From contig NC_068981.1 of assembly GCF_001194135.2 (NCBI RefSeq), forward strand, positions 79,966,200-80,030,199: DNA of 64,000 bases, written 5' to 3'. Below, in pieces: positions 36,497-50,774 of the stretch (positions are counted from its first letter, which is position 1; the number at the start of each line of letters is the position of its first letter). The position numbers were made by a program, and so were the translations under genes. A model generated the notes under the pieces. The model made no database searches and was not told the origin of the DNA. It was given only the letters and a program-made list of their open reading frames with translations. Source of the stretch: Octopus bimaculoides (Eukaryota).

Positions 36497-39400
36497 TTAT
36501 TTAAATCGAGTTAACAATGATTTATGGTATCTGCATGAAATCTCACATAGCTAGAAGGGAAAATGAAATTCTCGGAGTTTAATTTCTGTTTTATAAAACT
36601 GGAGCTTTGTGCTTATATATACATGATAATTAAATCGAAGATATGATTTATGTAAATCAAAAGCTGAAATTAATTAATAAACGTGTTTAAACTATTTTTC
36701 CATTAAGCTGGTTGTGTTTTTTGAGCTTTTTAAAATTATGCCGAGACTAATTTTTTAAAATACAAACCCAGCTGAAAGCGGAGCCATGATATTGTATTAA
36801 GAGCCAGCTGTTTTGTTTATATATTTCTGCATGAGCAAGAATCTTACTTGCGTCAAAAACCAATATTAAATATGAGGATGAGTTCTTTATTTTTTTCTTA
36901 TAATGTAATTTTGGATTTTTTAAAAATATAATGGATAATGGTAAAAAAATAAAATGAAATAAAACGTTATGTAAAATATGACATGATGTAGACCATTCTT
37001 AGCGTTACGAAGAAATATCTTTTCTCTCCCATCACTCTTTATGGCAGTGCGACATGCTACCGCATACTTTGATCCTAACGCCGGGTCGCTTCGCATTTCC
37101 AACCAAATTTTCGTTTAAAACCATCTTCTTTAAATTTTCCCTTAACCTTATTTACTTATTGTTATTTTTTGTAGCTCACATCTCATTAGTGGTGTGTATC
37201 GCAGTTGAAGTGATTTAATACCTGACGGGGAGGGGAGGGGCTTTGTAAAGCCTAATGACATAGCGTCATTTAAATTTTATAAAAAATATATAAATAAAAG
37301 GTTAGATAAATCAATTTCAATCGACTGCTGAAAGGTAAGACTCGATATTGAAGGGAGTCTCTTTATAAAAATATAGAATCCTCCAAAACAATTTCTACAA
37401 CATAGCAATCTGCTAGCATGACCGAAAATTTTCGCTTTCTCTTTTGAGAGTCAACACAGAAGTATTTACCTTAAAATAGAGTAAAACACTATTTCATTCT
37501 TTTACTTATAAATCGATAATAATAAATAATAGTAGTAGTATTAAGCATAAAAAATAATTCCAAAGCCACAAATTTTTGGAGAAGGAATTGTGGTAAACGA
37601 GTACTTAACTAATATTTATTTTATCGACTCTTTGAAGGAGTCGCTGCTTTCTTTGCTTCAAAAGCATTGGAAAATATTAAAAGTGAAGTATTTTTGGTTC
37701 TCTCTTCCAAAACGTAGAACACTATTGCGCAATAAAAATACGTTGAGGTGCTTTATGCTACATCACTTATAGTATTACTGCATTCGATCATATCAAATAG
37801 CGTTTTCCTAAAAGCTGAAAATTGGGTGTTTATCTCTTGCAAAAGTCAGTATTTATACGTATTCAAATGATGTATGAGAAGAAAATAGTAATTTATTTAA
37901 CGTCTTTAGATGAGGATTGTCCTTTGTTAGAAACAGATAATCATAGATCCAGTATAATCTGAATTAAGAGTAATATAAGGATCTACAAGTCTGTTAACAT
38001 GCTGAAAAAAAAAAGCAAGTATAGGAGTATTAGAACAAAACAAAACAACGGAAAGGCAAGGCTATATAGTACAGTGGGTTAGCTTAGCACCACAAGGAAG
38101 AAGTTTTCAACGTTTCGGACAGTTGTCCTTCATTTTGGAAAAACAGAATAAACCAAAGTAAGGAAGGAAAGTTCCCTCCTCAAAAGACAAGTCTTTTTTC
38201 CCCCTCCATACTTGTCCTTAATAGACAACAGTCCTAAACGTCAGCGTTAAACTAACACTACATACTGTGTACTCTGGTTTTTAATTTTTTCTTGTTTCTG
38301 ATACGTTTTCAGTTTGTTAGGAAATAGTCTAGGTAAATGTGGAGAATCATATCGTAATTTCCAGAAAATGAAGTATCCATGACAAAGAATATGGTTTATT
38401 TGAAATACTGAAACGAAAGTAAAATACTGCTTGCCTCTTTTGAAGTCAAACGAACAAAAATATTTTAGTTTAAAAGTATAAGTACTATGAGGAGAGAAAA
38501 GAAAAGCAGCTTAGAAGTTTTAAATTAGAAACATTAAAAAGACATCGGTAATTTTTTGATAAAATGATATATTTGTCAGAACTGCTTTCACTTTTAAAAG
38601 CATATGTATTATGAGGAGAGAAAAGAAAACATTTAACTTATAGGTATTTCATTGCAAACATTAAGAGAGTCAGTTGAATCATTAACACACTGGCCGAAAT
38701 TATTGCCTACTTTGCGTTTCCGCCTAGAGGTCAATAATTAAAGTCCCTCTCAAGCATTAAGATCGAGGTAATCAACTAGCCACTTCGCCCAAATTTCAGG
38801 CTTTGTGCCTTTGCTAGAAAAAAACATTACGAACATTTGAGAAAAAAGAGTATTAGTTATGGAATAGGGATGTATAAAAGTCAGCAGAAATTTCGGTAAA
38901 ATGAAAAAAAAAGTAATCTTTTTTTTTTTGTTTACGTTTTTCTATTTCAAACAAACCAAATGTTTTATACAATCCACATTTCTTTTATTATTATTGATTT
39001 TTTTTTTTTTGTAATTACGCCGCAATGCCCATCCATCTGTGATAAAATTCTCTGACGTAAATACACACACAGGACACAAATACACACATATGATATATAC
39101 ATAGTCGCGCGCACACGCACACACATTTGCAATTGGTTTCTTTCAGTTTCTATTTTAAGTCCACCAACAAGGTTTTGGTCAGCCCGGGGCTATTATAGAA
39201 GACACTTGTCAAAGGTGCCATACAGTGAGACTGAATCTAAAACCATATGGTTGGTAAGCCATAGCTGTGCCCATCTGCATATGTATATCTAATATTTTTT
39301 AAGAATAAAATACACAATTACAAGTATGATAAATAGCATTTGAGCCAATATATTAGCATCTCCATTAGGTTCATTGAGTGTCTCCTACCATGCATCAGAC

Positions 39401-40131
39401 TGACCAAAACCTTGTGCATGGATTTGGTCGACAGAATCTGAAAGACACCCAATACTGTAAAGTGGTTGGCATTTGGAAGGGCATCCAGCTGTAAAAACCA
39501 TACCAAACTGCTTTCACCTGTGCTGGTGCCATGTAAAAAGCACTGTCCTCTTGTTCTACAACACAACTTTCTGTTTTAAAATGATCTAAAATAAAACTTC
39601 CATAAAAATTTTGTGGTGATTTACCTTCCAAATGCCAGCTTAATAATGACAGTTATTTTACTAAATTCTTAAAAATTTTCAAAATTAATTTAAACAACTA
39701 CAGTGTATTTTTAGAGTAATATGGTAACAAAAGGATTAAGCTACTTCACAGATGACTATTTTAAAAGAAATAAATTCAGCAAAATATATAGTCCTTCCTT
39801 TTCGAGATTAAAGCATTGTTTGAATATAAGATTTGTATGAATGTAACATGTAAGATTACATTAACCCTTTAACATTTAAACTAGCCATATCCAACCCAAA
39901 TATCCTACTTGTTTTGTATTCAAATTGACCAAATCTGGCCTCTCGCACCTACTCTACAATGTCATTTTAAAAATAAACAATCACATCATTGAAATCTCAA
40001 AGCTATGAAAACAATTCAAATAAAGAAACTTTACATTTGACAAAGTAATCTGAATTCTAAAGGGTTAAATAAAATAAAAATTACTTTGTAAAATATTGAA
40101 TAGTTTATTCCTAAAAAATTCATTAAAGAGC

Positions 40132-42870
40132 GGAGCCTACCAAATGAACAGAAGGACCATTTTTATGATATTCTTCTACAGGCTACCTCAAAGACAAGTG
40201 ACAATGATTTCATCTTCATGGCTGGGGATTTCAACGGACATGTCATATGGCAGCCTGGTATCTTCCATGGTGTACATGGGGGCCACGGAATTGGTTCCCA
40301 AAACGAAGAGAGAACAAGGCTACTGGAGTTCTGTGATACAGATAACCTATTGATCTGCAACACCAACTTCAGGAAGCCAGCCAGCCACCTGATAACCTGC
40401 AAATCAGGTGACTGTGCTAGCCAGATCGATCACATTGTCACTAGACAGTGAGATGCATGGTTGCTCTTAAATACAAAGATCCTCCCTAGTGAGGAATGTA
40501 CCCACCAGCATAGACTAATCATTAGTAATTTTAGACTCTAGACTAGAAGGATTCCAAGAAGCAGATCAATCTGGAAAAGAAGGATGTGGAAGCTTAAGGA
40601 CCCTTCATATGGTCAGAGATTTAGGTACATCCTAATTGTGAAATGTGATGAGGGGGAGGAGGAGCTGCAGACTTAGAGGGTAACTGGGAATTCCTGCAGG
40701 ACAGTTTGCAGAGTGCCACAGACAAAATCTGCAGCTGGTGCAAAATTCCATCCAGACCTAGGGTAACATGGTGGTGGAACAATGCTGTAGACAGGGCCAT
40801 TAGAGCAAAGAAACAAGCCTGGAAGAGTGGAGGTAGCAGGGAACTGTATCAGATAGCCAGAAGGGAAGCTAGGAGACAGGTATATTTAGCCAAGGAAGAA
40901 GTAGAAAAGAAGTTTGCATATGTTCAGTGATGTAAGGACCAAAGAACTGAAGTGTTTTGGATTGCAAGACGGTGTGTGAGAGAAATTTGTGATGTCATAG
41001 GAGAGAAATGTGTCCGGATGGATGATAGTGCACTTGCACTTAATGATTCTGCAAAGAAAGAGGCTTGGAAATGCCATTATGAAAGACTACTGAATGAGAA
41101 GAATGAATGGGAGGAGTAGAGTCTGCCATATGTTGACCCAATTGAGGGACCAGCTACCTGAATCAACAGTATTTTGGTAGATAAAGCAATTAAGGATATG
41201 AAGAGGGGATATGGCCCTTCAGGAATCACTGCTGAAATGCTTAAAATATCTCGCGGTCTGGGCTATGGTCTAGTCACCCATATTGTAAATCAGATGGTTC
41301 ACAAAGGAGTCATACCATTGTCAACTGCTACAAAGTAAAGGTGACGCTTTAGATAGAAATGATTACAGAGGTATCAAATTGTTGGATCAGGTGATGAAAG
41401 TTATGGAGAGAGTCATAGCCCAACTAATTAGGGAGAGAGTTAGTCTAGATGAGATGCAGTTTGGGTTTGTGCCAGGGAGAAGCACCACTGATGCTATATT
41501 TCTGATAAGGCAGCTGCAGGTGAAATACCGAGCCAAAGATAAACCCCTGCACCTGGCTTTTATTGACTTGGAGAAAGCCTTTGACAGTGTCCCCTGATCC
41601 CTTATCTGGTGGTCAATGTGGAAACTAAGGATAGGCAAGTGGTTGGTGAGAGCTGTACAAGCCTTGTACAGGGATGCTACCAGTAAGGTGAGGGTTGGCA
41701 ATGAATACAGCGAAGAATTCAATGTACAAGTAGGGATTCACCAAGGCTCAGTCCTCAGCCCCTTTTTGTTCATCATAGTCCTCCAGAAAATAACAGAGGA
41801 GTTTAAGACAGGCTACTCCTGGGAGCTCCTCTATGCTGATGACCTTGCTCTTATAGCTGAATCACTACCAGAACTAGAGAAGTTCCAGGTATGGAAGCAA
41901 AGATTAGAATCGAAGGGCATTAGAGTTAACCTAGCAAAAGCCAAAATCTTAGTAAGTAGGCAGGCAGACAAATCACAAATCTCTTCAGGTAGATGGCCCT
42001 ACTCAATCTGTAGAAAAGGTGTAAGTAGAAACTCCATAAGATGCACCTGGTGTAAGCTTTAGACACATGCAGCAATATCAGAGGAAGGTTGACAGGGAAA
42101 ATAGCTTTTGTATGTGGAAGATGCACAGGTACAATAAACACTGAAAATGTACAGAAAATAGACTCCATCAACTGCCAGGTGGATAAGCTAAAGGTTATTG
42201 ATAGCTTCTGTTATCTAGGTGACCACCTTAGTGCCAGAGTTGGATGCTCTGAGAGCGTAGCTGTGAAAATAAGAATAGGCTGGGCAAAGTTCACCAAGTT
42301 CCTATCTCTGCTGGTAACAAAGGGCCTTTCCCTCAGAGTGAAAGGTAGATTGTATGATGCCTGTGTGCAAACAACTATGCTACATGGCAGTGAAATGTGG
42401 GCTCTGACAGCCGAGGGCATGCATAGGGTTGAAAGAAATGAAGCCAGTATGCTTTGTTGGATGTGCAATGTCAATGTACATGTTTGACAGAGTGCATAAG
42501 AAGCATCAGATATGATGTGCAAGATATGGTATGGTCATGTGATGCATATGGACAAGGACTGCTATATAAAGAAGTGCTGATCTCTAGATGTGGAGGGAAT
42601 CTGTGGTAGAAGTAGACCCAGGAAGACATGGGATGAGGTGGTGAAGTATGATTTTCGAACTTTGGGCCTCACAGAGGCAATGACTAGTGACTGAGACTTT
42701 TGGTGATATGCTGTGCTTGAGAAGACCCGTCAAGCCAAGTGAAATCATAGTCATGGCTGTTGCTGGTGGCATGTAAAAAGCACCTTTTGAGTGTTGGGCC
42801 TCATGGAGGCAATGACTGAGACCTTTAGTATTATGTCGTGTTTGAGAAGATCCATCAAGCCAAGCAAACA
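40132..42870 (+). mobile_element. Decayed RTE-clade LINE (AP endonuclease C-terminus, RT, 3' region)
   Basis: MAGDFNGHV, NTNFRKP, SQIDHI; QFGFVPGRSTTDAIF, FIDLEKAFDSVP, GIHQGSVLSP, LLYADDL; GSEMWAL. Stops and frameshifts. Confidence 0.93.
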
Positions 42871-43780
42871 TTGATTTTTTTCTACCAGCTCCTTCTTTAT
42901 AGAAGACCTTAAATTTGATTTTATTATTTCCAGTACAGAAAATAGTCACATTAATGTCTGAAATTAGAAATTTTGATGTGGAGTCAGTAAAATTGTACCC
43001 AATAATAGCTTCTGATTCCATAACTCTATATTGCACCTTGGACAAGTGCCTTCTGCTTAAAATAGCCTGAGGTTAAGTAATACATTATGAGCAAATCTGG
43101 TCGGTAGAAACAGTACAAAAGCCAGTTTTGTGTATGTGTGAATGAGTTTATGCATCAATGTCCATGTTTGTATTTGGCATATTACTGTTCAGAAAGTAAC
43201 ATAGCCACTCTGTAAAAGTAGATAAAATAAGTAATGAGGTTTATATGCTCAACTAAAACCTTTGAAAGATGTGTTCCAGAATGTTCGGAGTTCAGTGACT
43301 GAAACAAGTAAACCAGTATCTTGCTATTCAGATAGCTTCCATGGTAAACTTGGTTTGTTTTAAAGAATCAGTAGCATACAAGAGAGAAGTCATTCAGTTT
43401 TTCAGATGGCATCAAGTTAGAGGTACCACCTTGTCCTATTTGGGCCGACAATCAAATAGTTAATGAACATTTAATTGATTGTTTATGGACCTCATCCTCA
43501 GACTTCGTCATATATTAAGGAGAGCCCTCAAAGCTGTTTTTTAAACCCACTGCAGAAACTCTGGACAAGCTCCTTAAACAATCACTGTTACACTATTGAT
43601 AATAGTGTCTATGTGGTGTCACATAGTGTCAGAATTTAGGTGTGATTCAGGCAGTTACACTTCTCTTATGTAAATAGGTATTCAACCTGAAACACTGATT
43701 ATTGTTACTGAAGACTAGGAAAGTTTTTCATTGGGACTATGGTCTGTTTATATATCTCATTGACCCTGATGAAATTTTCA

Positions 43781-44824
43781 AGCTTCCGCTATCTGGGCGA
43801 CCAAGTTAGTAGTGGGGGTGGGTGCGCTGAAAGTGTAGCTGCTAGAATAAGAATAGCCTGGGCAAAGTTTAGAGAGCTCTTACCCCTGCTGGCGACAAAG
43901 GGACTCTCACTCGGAGTAAAAGGCAGACTGTATGACGCATGTGTACGAACAGCCATGCTACATGGCAGTGAAACGTGGGCTGTAACTGCTGAGGACATAC
44001 GTAAGCTCGCAAGGAATGAAGCCAGTATNNNNNNNNNNNNNNNNNNNNNNNNNNNNNNNNNNNNNNNNNNNNNNNNNNNNNNNNNNNNNNNNNNNNNNNN
44101 NNNNNNNNNNNNNNNNNNNNNNNNNNNNNNNNNNNNNNNNNNNNNNNNNNNNNNNNNNNNNNNNNNNNNNNNNNNNNNNNNNNNNNNNNNNNNNNNNNNN
44201 NNNNNNNNNNNNNNNNNNNNNNNNNNNNNNNNNNNNNNNNNNNNNNNNNNNNNNNNNNNNNNNNNNNNNNNNNNNNNNNNNNNNNNNNNNNNNNNNNNNN
44301 NNNNNNNNNNNNNNNNNNNNNNNNNNNNNNNNNNNNNNNNNNNNNNNNNNNNNNNNNNNNNNNNNNNNNNNNNNNNNNNNNNNNNNNNNNNNNNNNNNNN
44401 NNNNNNNNNNNNNNNNNNNNNNNNNNNNNNNNNNNNNNNNNNNNNNNNNNNNNNNNNNNNNNNNNNNNNNNNNNNNNNNNNNNNNNNNNNNNNNNNNNNN
44501 NNNNNNNNNNNNNNNNNNNNNNNNNNNNNNNNNNNNNNNNNNNNNNNNNNNNNNNNNNNNNNNNNNNNNNNNGGCACATAAAAGTCACCATTTCGAGCGT
44601 GGCCGTTGCCAGTATCGCCTGACTGGCCTTCGTGCAGGTGACACGTAAAAGCACCTACTACACTCTCTGAGTGGTTGGCGTTAGGAAGGGCATCCAGCTG
44701 TAGAAACTCTGCCAAATTTAGATTGGAGCCTGGTGTTGCCATCTGGTTTCACCAGTCCTCAGTCAAGTCGTCCAACCCATGCTAGCATGGAAAGCGGACG
44801 TTAAACGATGATGATGATGATGAT
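43781..44824 (+). mobile_element. 5'-truncated RTE LINE with (GAT)n tail (gap inside)
   Basis: FRYLGDQ..RIAWAKFRELLPLL..HGSETWA; conserved 3' tail ..GCATGGAAAGCGGACGTTAAACGATGATGATG. Confidence 0.9.
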
Positions 44825-45986
44825 TAGGCACCAGACTCAGTATCATTCATAAAGCCAGTAATTTAGTGCTTCACCATGGTTGCTTCATCCCATTCCATTT
44901 TAGGTTCAAAGACTTTGCTTCTTAAACTGCCGAGTTATATAACTATAACAAAGTCCTATTTAATCAACTATACTTATGCTTACACTAGAATGGCAACGTT
45001 TTTGAGATTAGAATTAAGAAATTAGGGAAAAAAAAAACATCATTAACAAGGCAAAGGCTTGTATAGTAAAACAGTTAAATATGAGGAGAAAAAAATCGTC
45101 TACACTGACAAATTGTGGAATAGATATTACATCCTGAGGAAGAAGGGAAGTCTGTTTTGGTTTATTTATCTTACAAAACCAATTGAGATTTTATCTCTCT
45201 TTCTCTCTCTCTCTCTGACAAATGGTTCTACCCAAACCCCTTGATTTCTCTTTGTTATCACAATAAAATTTATTCTACTATTTGGACTATTTTTGCAGTA
45301 TTGATTCCACTTCACTTCTCTCATTTAATGTTTTTTTAATTATTTATCTGCTTTTTCTTCCTTTTTCTGTAATTGGAATGCTTCTAATTTACCTAACACA
45401 TGTTAACACAGCAATGAACAATAACATTGAAAAGTGAGAGCAGATAGGAAAAAAGAATTCTGTAGTTTATATTATTGAAGACTAAGAAATGCAGAATGCC
45501 TTTCTCGCACATGAGAAGCTTAGAATCACAACTAAGTTGATGGTGTGTTGGACCACTTGCTAAAGTAACAATTCATATCCCATCAGTAATGTGTTGTAAC
45601 CAAGACAACATTTCTCACTGGCTCTGTCCACTAGTTATAAGTAAGTTCAATGTGTAAGTACATCTTAACCTTGTAAGACGCAGGATCACTGTATAATTAA
45701 CACATTTTAGTTAGCAGTGTTGTAGATGCAGGTAATGTCTCCAATATTCCATTCTCAAGAGATCCTGTAGTCAGAGTTAGACAAGTTAACATTTGCCTAT
45801 ACCAATGCAACTGCCTTTCCTACAATCATTGGCTGACGCTTTTGACATCCAGCATCCTCTCAGCTAAGTTACATTCCATTTTTCATGCAAGTTGATATTG
45901 CATGTTTAACAGATAATATTCATTTCCTTTCATCCCTGAGAGTGCTACATGCAATGCTTATATTTCATATACTATGCACCTTCATA

Positions 45987-47284
45987 TGCGAGATGGTATC
46001 AAAAGGTTTCCAGACTCATCATTTAATGTACATTTTCCATGTTGGACAGTTTGATAAAGCTGGTGAGCTGCACCAGGTTCCAATCTAATTTGGCATAGTT
46101 TCTACAGTTGGATGCCCTTCCTAATGCCAAACACTCCAAGAGTGTAGTGGGTGTTTTTTACGTGACACTGGCATCAGCCACAAGTATGATCTCACTTGAC
46201 TTGACAGGTCTTCTTAAGCACAGTATATTGCCAAAGGTCTCAGTCACCTGTCACTGCCTCCGTGAGGCTCAACATTTGAACAGTGCTTTTTACGTGTCAA
46301 TGGCATGGGTGCCAGTCACACAGGACTGGCATTAGCCATGACTACAATTTCACTTGGCTTGACAGGTCTTTTCAAGCACAGCATATCACCCAATGTTCAA
46401 AGGGTGTTATTTATGTGCCAGTTAAGCGATACTGGCATCAGCCACAACTATGATCTCACTTGGCTTAATGGTTCTTCTCAAGCTAGTTTTGTTTAATAAA
46501 AAATAACTTATTTACCCAAGTTTTAACATCATCTACTTCGAAGCAGTCACCTTGCACAGCAATACACCAGTCCCAGAATTCCTGCCACTTTTGGAATCTG
46601 GCCTGGCAGTTGTTTTCTGTAAGCAAGTCAAGGACCTTCTATGATTCACTCTGGATTTCAACAACAGTGTTAAAATGGTTGCCTTTTCATCTTGGGAGAG
46701 AGATGACAGTCCACAGGTGCTCAATCTGGTGAATAGGGCACATGTGGAAGTGATACCATGTTGTTTTTGGCAAGAAACTCGCAAGTGAGGAGAGCTTGAT
46801 GAAGAATCCAATTCTTCACGCTCCACAGATCTGCTTGCTTTCACTGAATGTCCTCCCTCAAATGCTTCAAAACATCACAGTAGAACTCTTGATTGCTGGT
46901 CTGGCCCTGGGGGATGAATTCTCAATGCACAATACCACATTCCTAGAAGTGATTCTCATGGCAGGTCTTCCAGATTGCTTGTCATCTTCCAGGGACATTC
47001 TTCTGCTTTTGAAGTGCATATACCACTCGAAACATTATGTATGACCCATTGCCTCTTCGCCATAAGCTTGCTGAAGTATTCTCAATGTCTCTTTGTTCCC
47101 TGTCTATGACAAAATCGCAGACTGCAGCATGCATGTGAACACGAAACCACAAATTTCACAACTTGCAAAGTAAAGACAGCAATGTCACTTGGCACACTGC
47201 TAGCTCTCACTGTGCACGCAACTATGTGCTGTCATCTGTTGGTGCACCACAACTAGTCCAGGAACTTTTTTGATACCACCTTGT
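45987..47284 (-). mobile_element. Internally deleted mariner element interrupted by an RTE 3' fragment (about 46080-46490)
   Basis: Matching TIRs (gagatggtatcaaaaggtttccagact / agtccaggaacttttttgataccaccttgta); minus translation CFEW..LEDDKQSGRP / EFIPQGQT..NQEFYCDVL / PHVPYSPD*AP / KWQEFWDWCI..GDCFE. Confidence 0.85.
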
Positions 47285-49465
47285 ATATATGGAACAAAGC
47301 ATGGCCATGTAGTTAAAAAGTTTGCTTCATAGCTACAGTTCTGAAATCAATTTGACTGCACTCCATCTTGGACAAGTATCATCTGCCTTAGTTGAAGCCT
47401 TATGTGAAATTGGATAAACAGAAATTATATGGAAGGTCATCACACTATACACTTGCTTTTCACTATCTTCATTGCTTGGTTTAACACCATCTCCTAGCCT
47501 CTGGGTGCTTTTATCAGAGTCCACACTGTTGCAAAGATTTAAACAAGATCCCCAGTTTACAGATAACTTAATATCTTGCAATATACAGCTTACTTACTGC
47601 AGTATTAGTCATTTCTCTCATCTCACCAACACCATCATTAGTCATGGAGGCCCTGCACAGTCATAGGTATTGCTCTTTTAGTTTTGACTAAGCCAAAAAG
47701 AAGAGAAAAAAACCCACCTAATTTATGTTTCATGCAGTCTGTTATTTTTCACTAGCAATTAATATCTGCTTAAAAAGAAAGAAATCAGTCACTATCTCAA
47801 CACCTGGAGTTATCTTACCTTAGGTAAAAGATAAAAAGATATCACATCTCACAATACTGAAGCTGCAACTTGCATTTTGGGATACCAACTCATCAAGCTA
47901 CATAGAAGGTAATCCATCTAAGAGAGCAGTAACTCAAAATAAAGCTTTTAGTTTAGAGAGGTTTGGTGTTGATAGCATAATATACGCTCAGTCTAAACAT
48001 TCTTCTCAGCTTTGTATAAAATATATGATTAATATGCAGTAATTATCGTTATTATGATGTATCCCTTTTTGATATTGATCATTATCATCATTCAGTTTCT
48101 TTTTTTTGTTTTGGTATGTTGGTAGAAAACTGCATTAAAACAGTCATGCAGTTTCCTGCCAACATACCAACTGTTTTTGATTTCAGTCAAATCTTCTATT
48201 GTAAAATTATTCCTATTGTTACTTGACTTTCTACTATTCTCATTACATTCTTCAGGCAATTCCTTATATCACCTTGAAAGCAGCCTTTTTAAAAATTCTT
48301 TTGCAGAATTAGAAAACAGTTTACATCAATGAACAAGTCCTTCCTCATATTTCTCAGATTCAAAGTTGATCAATATATTTTGTTTTATTTTTTCTTAGAT
48401 ATGAACATTGATTAAAAATACTTAAACCACCAAATTTGTTTTATGGCAACTTTATAAAGCGGAAATGTATCCATTAAAGCAATACCTGGGTATGAAAGAA
48501 AGCAACAGAGAAAGGTATGTATGAAAAAAGGACTGAATTAAAATCATTTGTTCTGAATGTTTTTTTTGTTTTTTTTTAATTCTTGATATAAACATTTTGA
48601 TATTACATTTTCCAAATTCAGAACACGAGTTTGGTGTGGATTTTCCCTTTCCTTATCTCTCTCTATCTCTCTCTCTCTCTCTNNNNNNNNNNNNNNNNNN
48701 NNNNNNNNNNNNNNNNNNNNNNNNNNNNNNNNNNNNNNNNNNNNNNNNNNNNNNNNNNNNNNNNNNNNNNNNNNNNNNNNNNNNNNNNNNNNNNNNNNNN
48801 NNNNNNNNNNNNNNNNNNNNNNNNNNNNNNNNNNNNNNNNNNNNNNNNNNNNNNNNNNNNNNNNNNNNNNNNNNNNNNNNNNNNNNNNNNNNNNNNNNNN
48901 NNNNNNNNNNNNNNNNNNNNNNNNNNNNNNNNNNNNNNNNNNNNNNNNNNNNNNNNNNNNNNNNNNNNNNNNNNNNNNNNNNNNNNNNNNNNNNNNNNNN
49001 NNNNNNNNNNNNNNNNNNNNNNNNNNNNNNNNNNNNNNNNNNNNNNNNNNNNNNNNNNNNNNNNNNNNNNNNNNNNNNNNNNNNNNNNNNNNNNNNNNNN
49101 NNNNNNNNNNNNNNNNNNNNNNNNNNNNNNNNNNNNNNNNNNNNNNNNNNNNNNNNNNNNNNNNNNNNNNNNNNNNNNNNNNNNNNNNNNNNNNNNNNNN
49201 NNNNNNNNNNNNNNNNNNNNNNNNNNNNNNNNNNNNNNNNNNNNNNNNNNNNNNNNNNNNNNNNNNNNNNNNNNNNNNNNNNNNNNNNNNNNNNNNNNNN
49301 NNNNNNNNNNNNNNNNNNNNNNNNNNNNNNNNNNNNNNNNNNNNNNNNNNNNNNNNNNNNNNNNNNNNNNNNNNNNNNNNNNNNNNNNNNNNNNNNNNNN
49401 NNNNNNNNNNNNNNNNNNNNNNNNNNNNNNNNNNNNNNNNNNNNNNNNNNNNNNNNNNNNNNATA

Positions 49466-49496
<31 letters not shown>

Positions 49497-49556
49497 TATA
49501 CAAGTTTTATTTTTGTTTCCTAACAAAACATTTTTCTCTTTTATATTTGATTAGCA

Positions 49557-49920
49557 ATGTCTTGTCAAGAGGTCGATAAAACCCCTCTCTCTGGAAAAAT
49601 TCTTCACCATTCTTTGCAACGGCAGCTACACCCCGAGTCATGTATGATGTTTGTCCCAGCCAAGGTTTCCTTACATCGGCCTCATCTGCTCATGCCAACA
49701 TTTACACTGAGAAGATGTCACATACAACTTTTATGTGTCATCCTCTTAGTGACAATTGTGCTTGTAGTGTGGACTGTATCCAACCTAAGAAACACATTTG
49801 TCAGCTTCCATGCTGAGAGTGATACTGATGGTGAGCTGGTTGTGCTTCCTGAAGACTTTGCCAAGGAGCGAGATGCTTTCTGCTTAGATGGATCACCTGC
49901 AGGCTATTATATTCGAAATG
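49557..49920 (+). CDS. Pectin acetylesterase/Notum-family hydrolase, coding exon 1
   Basis: Acceptor ttAG at 49554; hydrophobic segment LLCVILLVTIVLVVWTV; family motif FCLDGSPAGYYIR; donor G|GTAAGT, phase 1. The true start codon is uncertain. Confidence 0.88.
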
Positions 49921-50774
49921 GTAAGTTTGATCTTATTACTCAAGTAAAATTATCTTCATGATTTTTTGTCTCATCATCATCATCATTTGGCATCTACTTT
50001 CCATGCTGGTATGGGTTAGGCAGAAGTTGGTAAAATTTTAAATTAGGTAGGTCTTATGGTTTTATGTCATTTACATGTGTCTCTTGAATGTTTTGTGATC
50101 TAGCCAAAGGAATACTGGATGAAATCCACATTTCATTTTCTCTTACAACTATTGTAAAACAGTTATTTAACCATTTTCCAGAAAGCATTTTATTTTGAAT
50201 CATTTTTTTTTATTAAAAGGTTTTTTGTTTAACATTCTTAATTTAATATTTTATAATTTTTTTTAATAAGTATATGATAAAGGTTTTCCTTTGTTATTTA
50301 TTTTAAAAATTGAAATGTCAAATTTTAGCTTTTAAAATGTTGCTTTGGTTGTTATGTTAGTTTGTGTCTTTGCTTTTGTTTAATGAAAAAGTGTCAAGTA
50401 TTATAAATCAAAAAACTCATGTCACAATAGGATTTTTTTGTGAAATGACTCTGAGCTATACTGTTGATCCCTTAGTCATGACTTTAAACATTACTAAAGC
50501 TATTGTATTATGCCCTGAGGCAGGGCAAATGAAATGGCCTTCAGGACCCTCTCACAAAATAAGTTGGAAAGACTATAAAAATAATAGTTTTCAGTGGTAG
50601 ATTATGTAAACTTTGTAATTCTATATTGTTCATCTGCCCTTCCTTTACATTGTTGTTGTTCATTTTCATTCTAGCAGGGATTGGCTAAGTCAGATCACTT
50701 GCATTCCATTTACAGTGACCTCTGCTATCCTTTTTCAAACAATATGATGTCTAATTCAGATGTCTAATTCTAAA

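Noticed and set aside
36920-37102. 60-aa minus-strand ORF MEMRSDPALGSK... in CpG-rich unique DNA
   Set aside because: No recognisable domain, no good splice donor, and it runs into low-complexity sequence.
26813-49554. Long ORFs containing X runs (for example 26813-27199, 32222-32711, 43789-44742, 48544-49554)
   Set aside because: They are open only because they cross N gaps. Only the Merlin and RTE portions have motif support.
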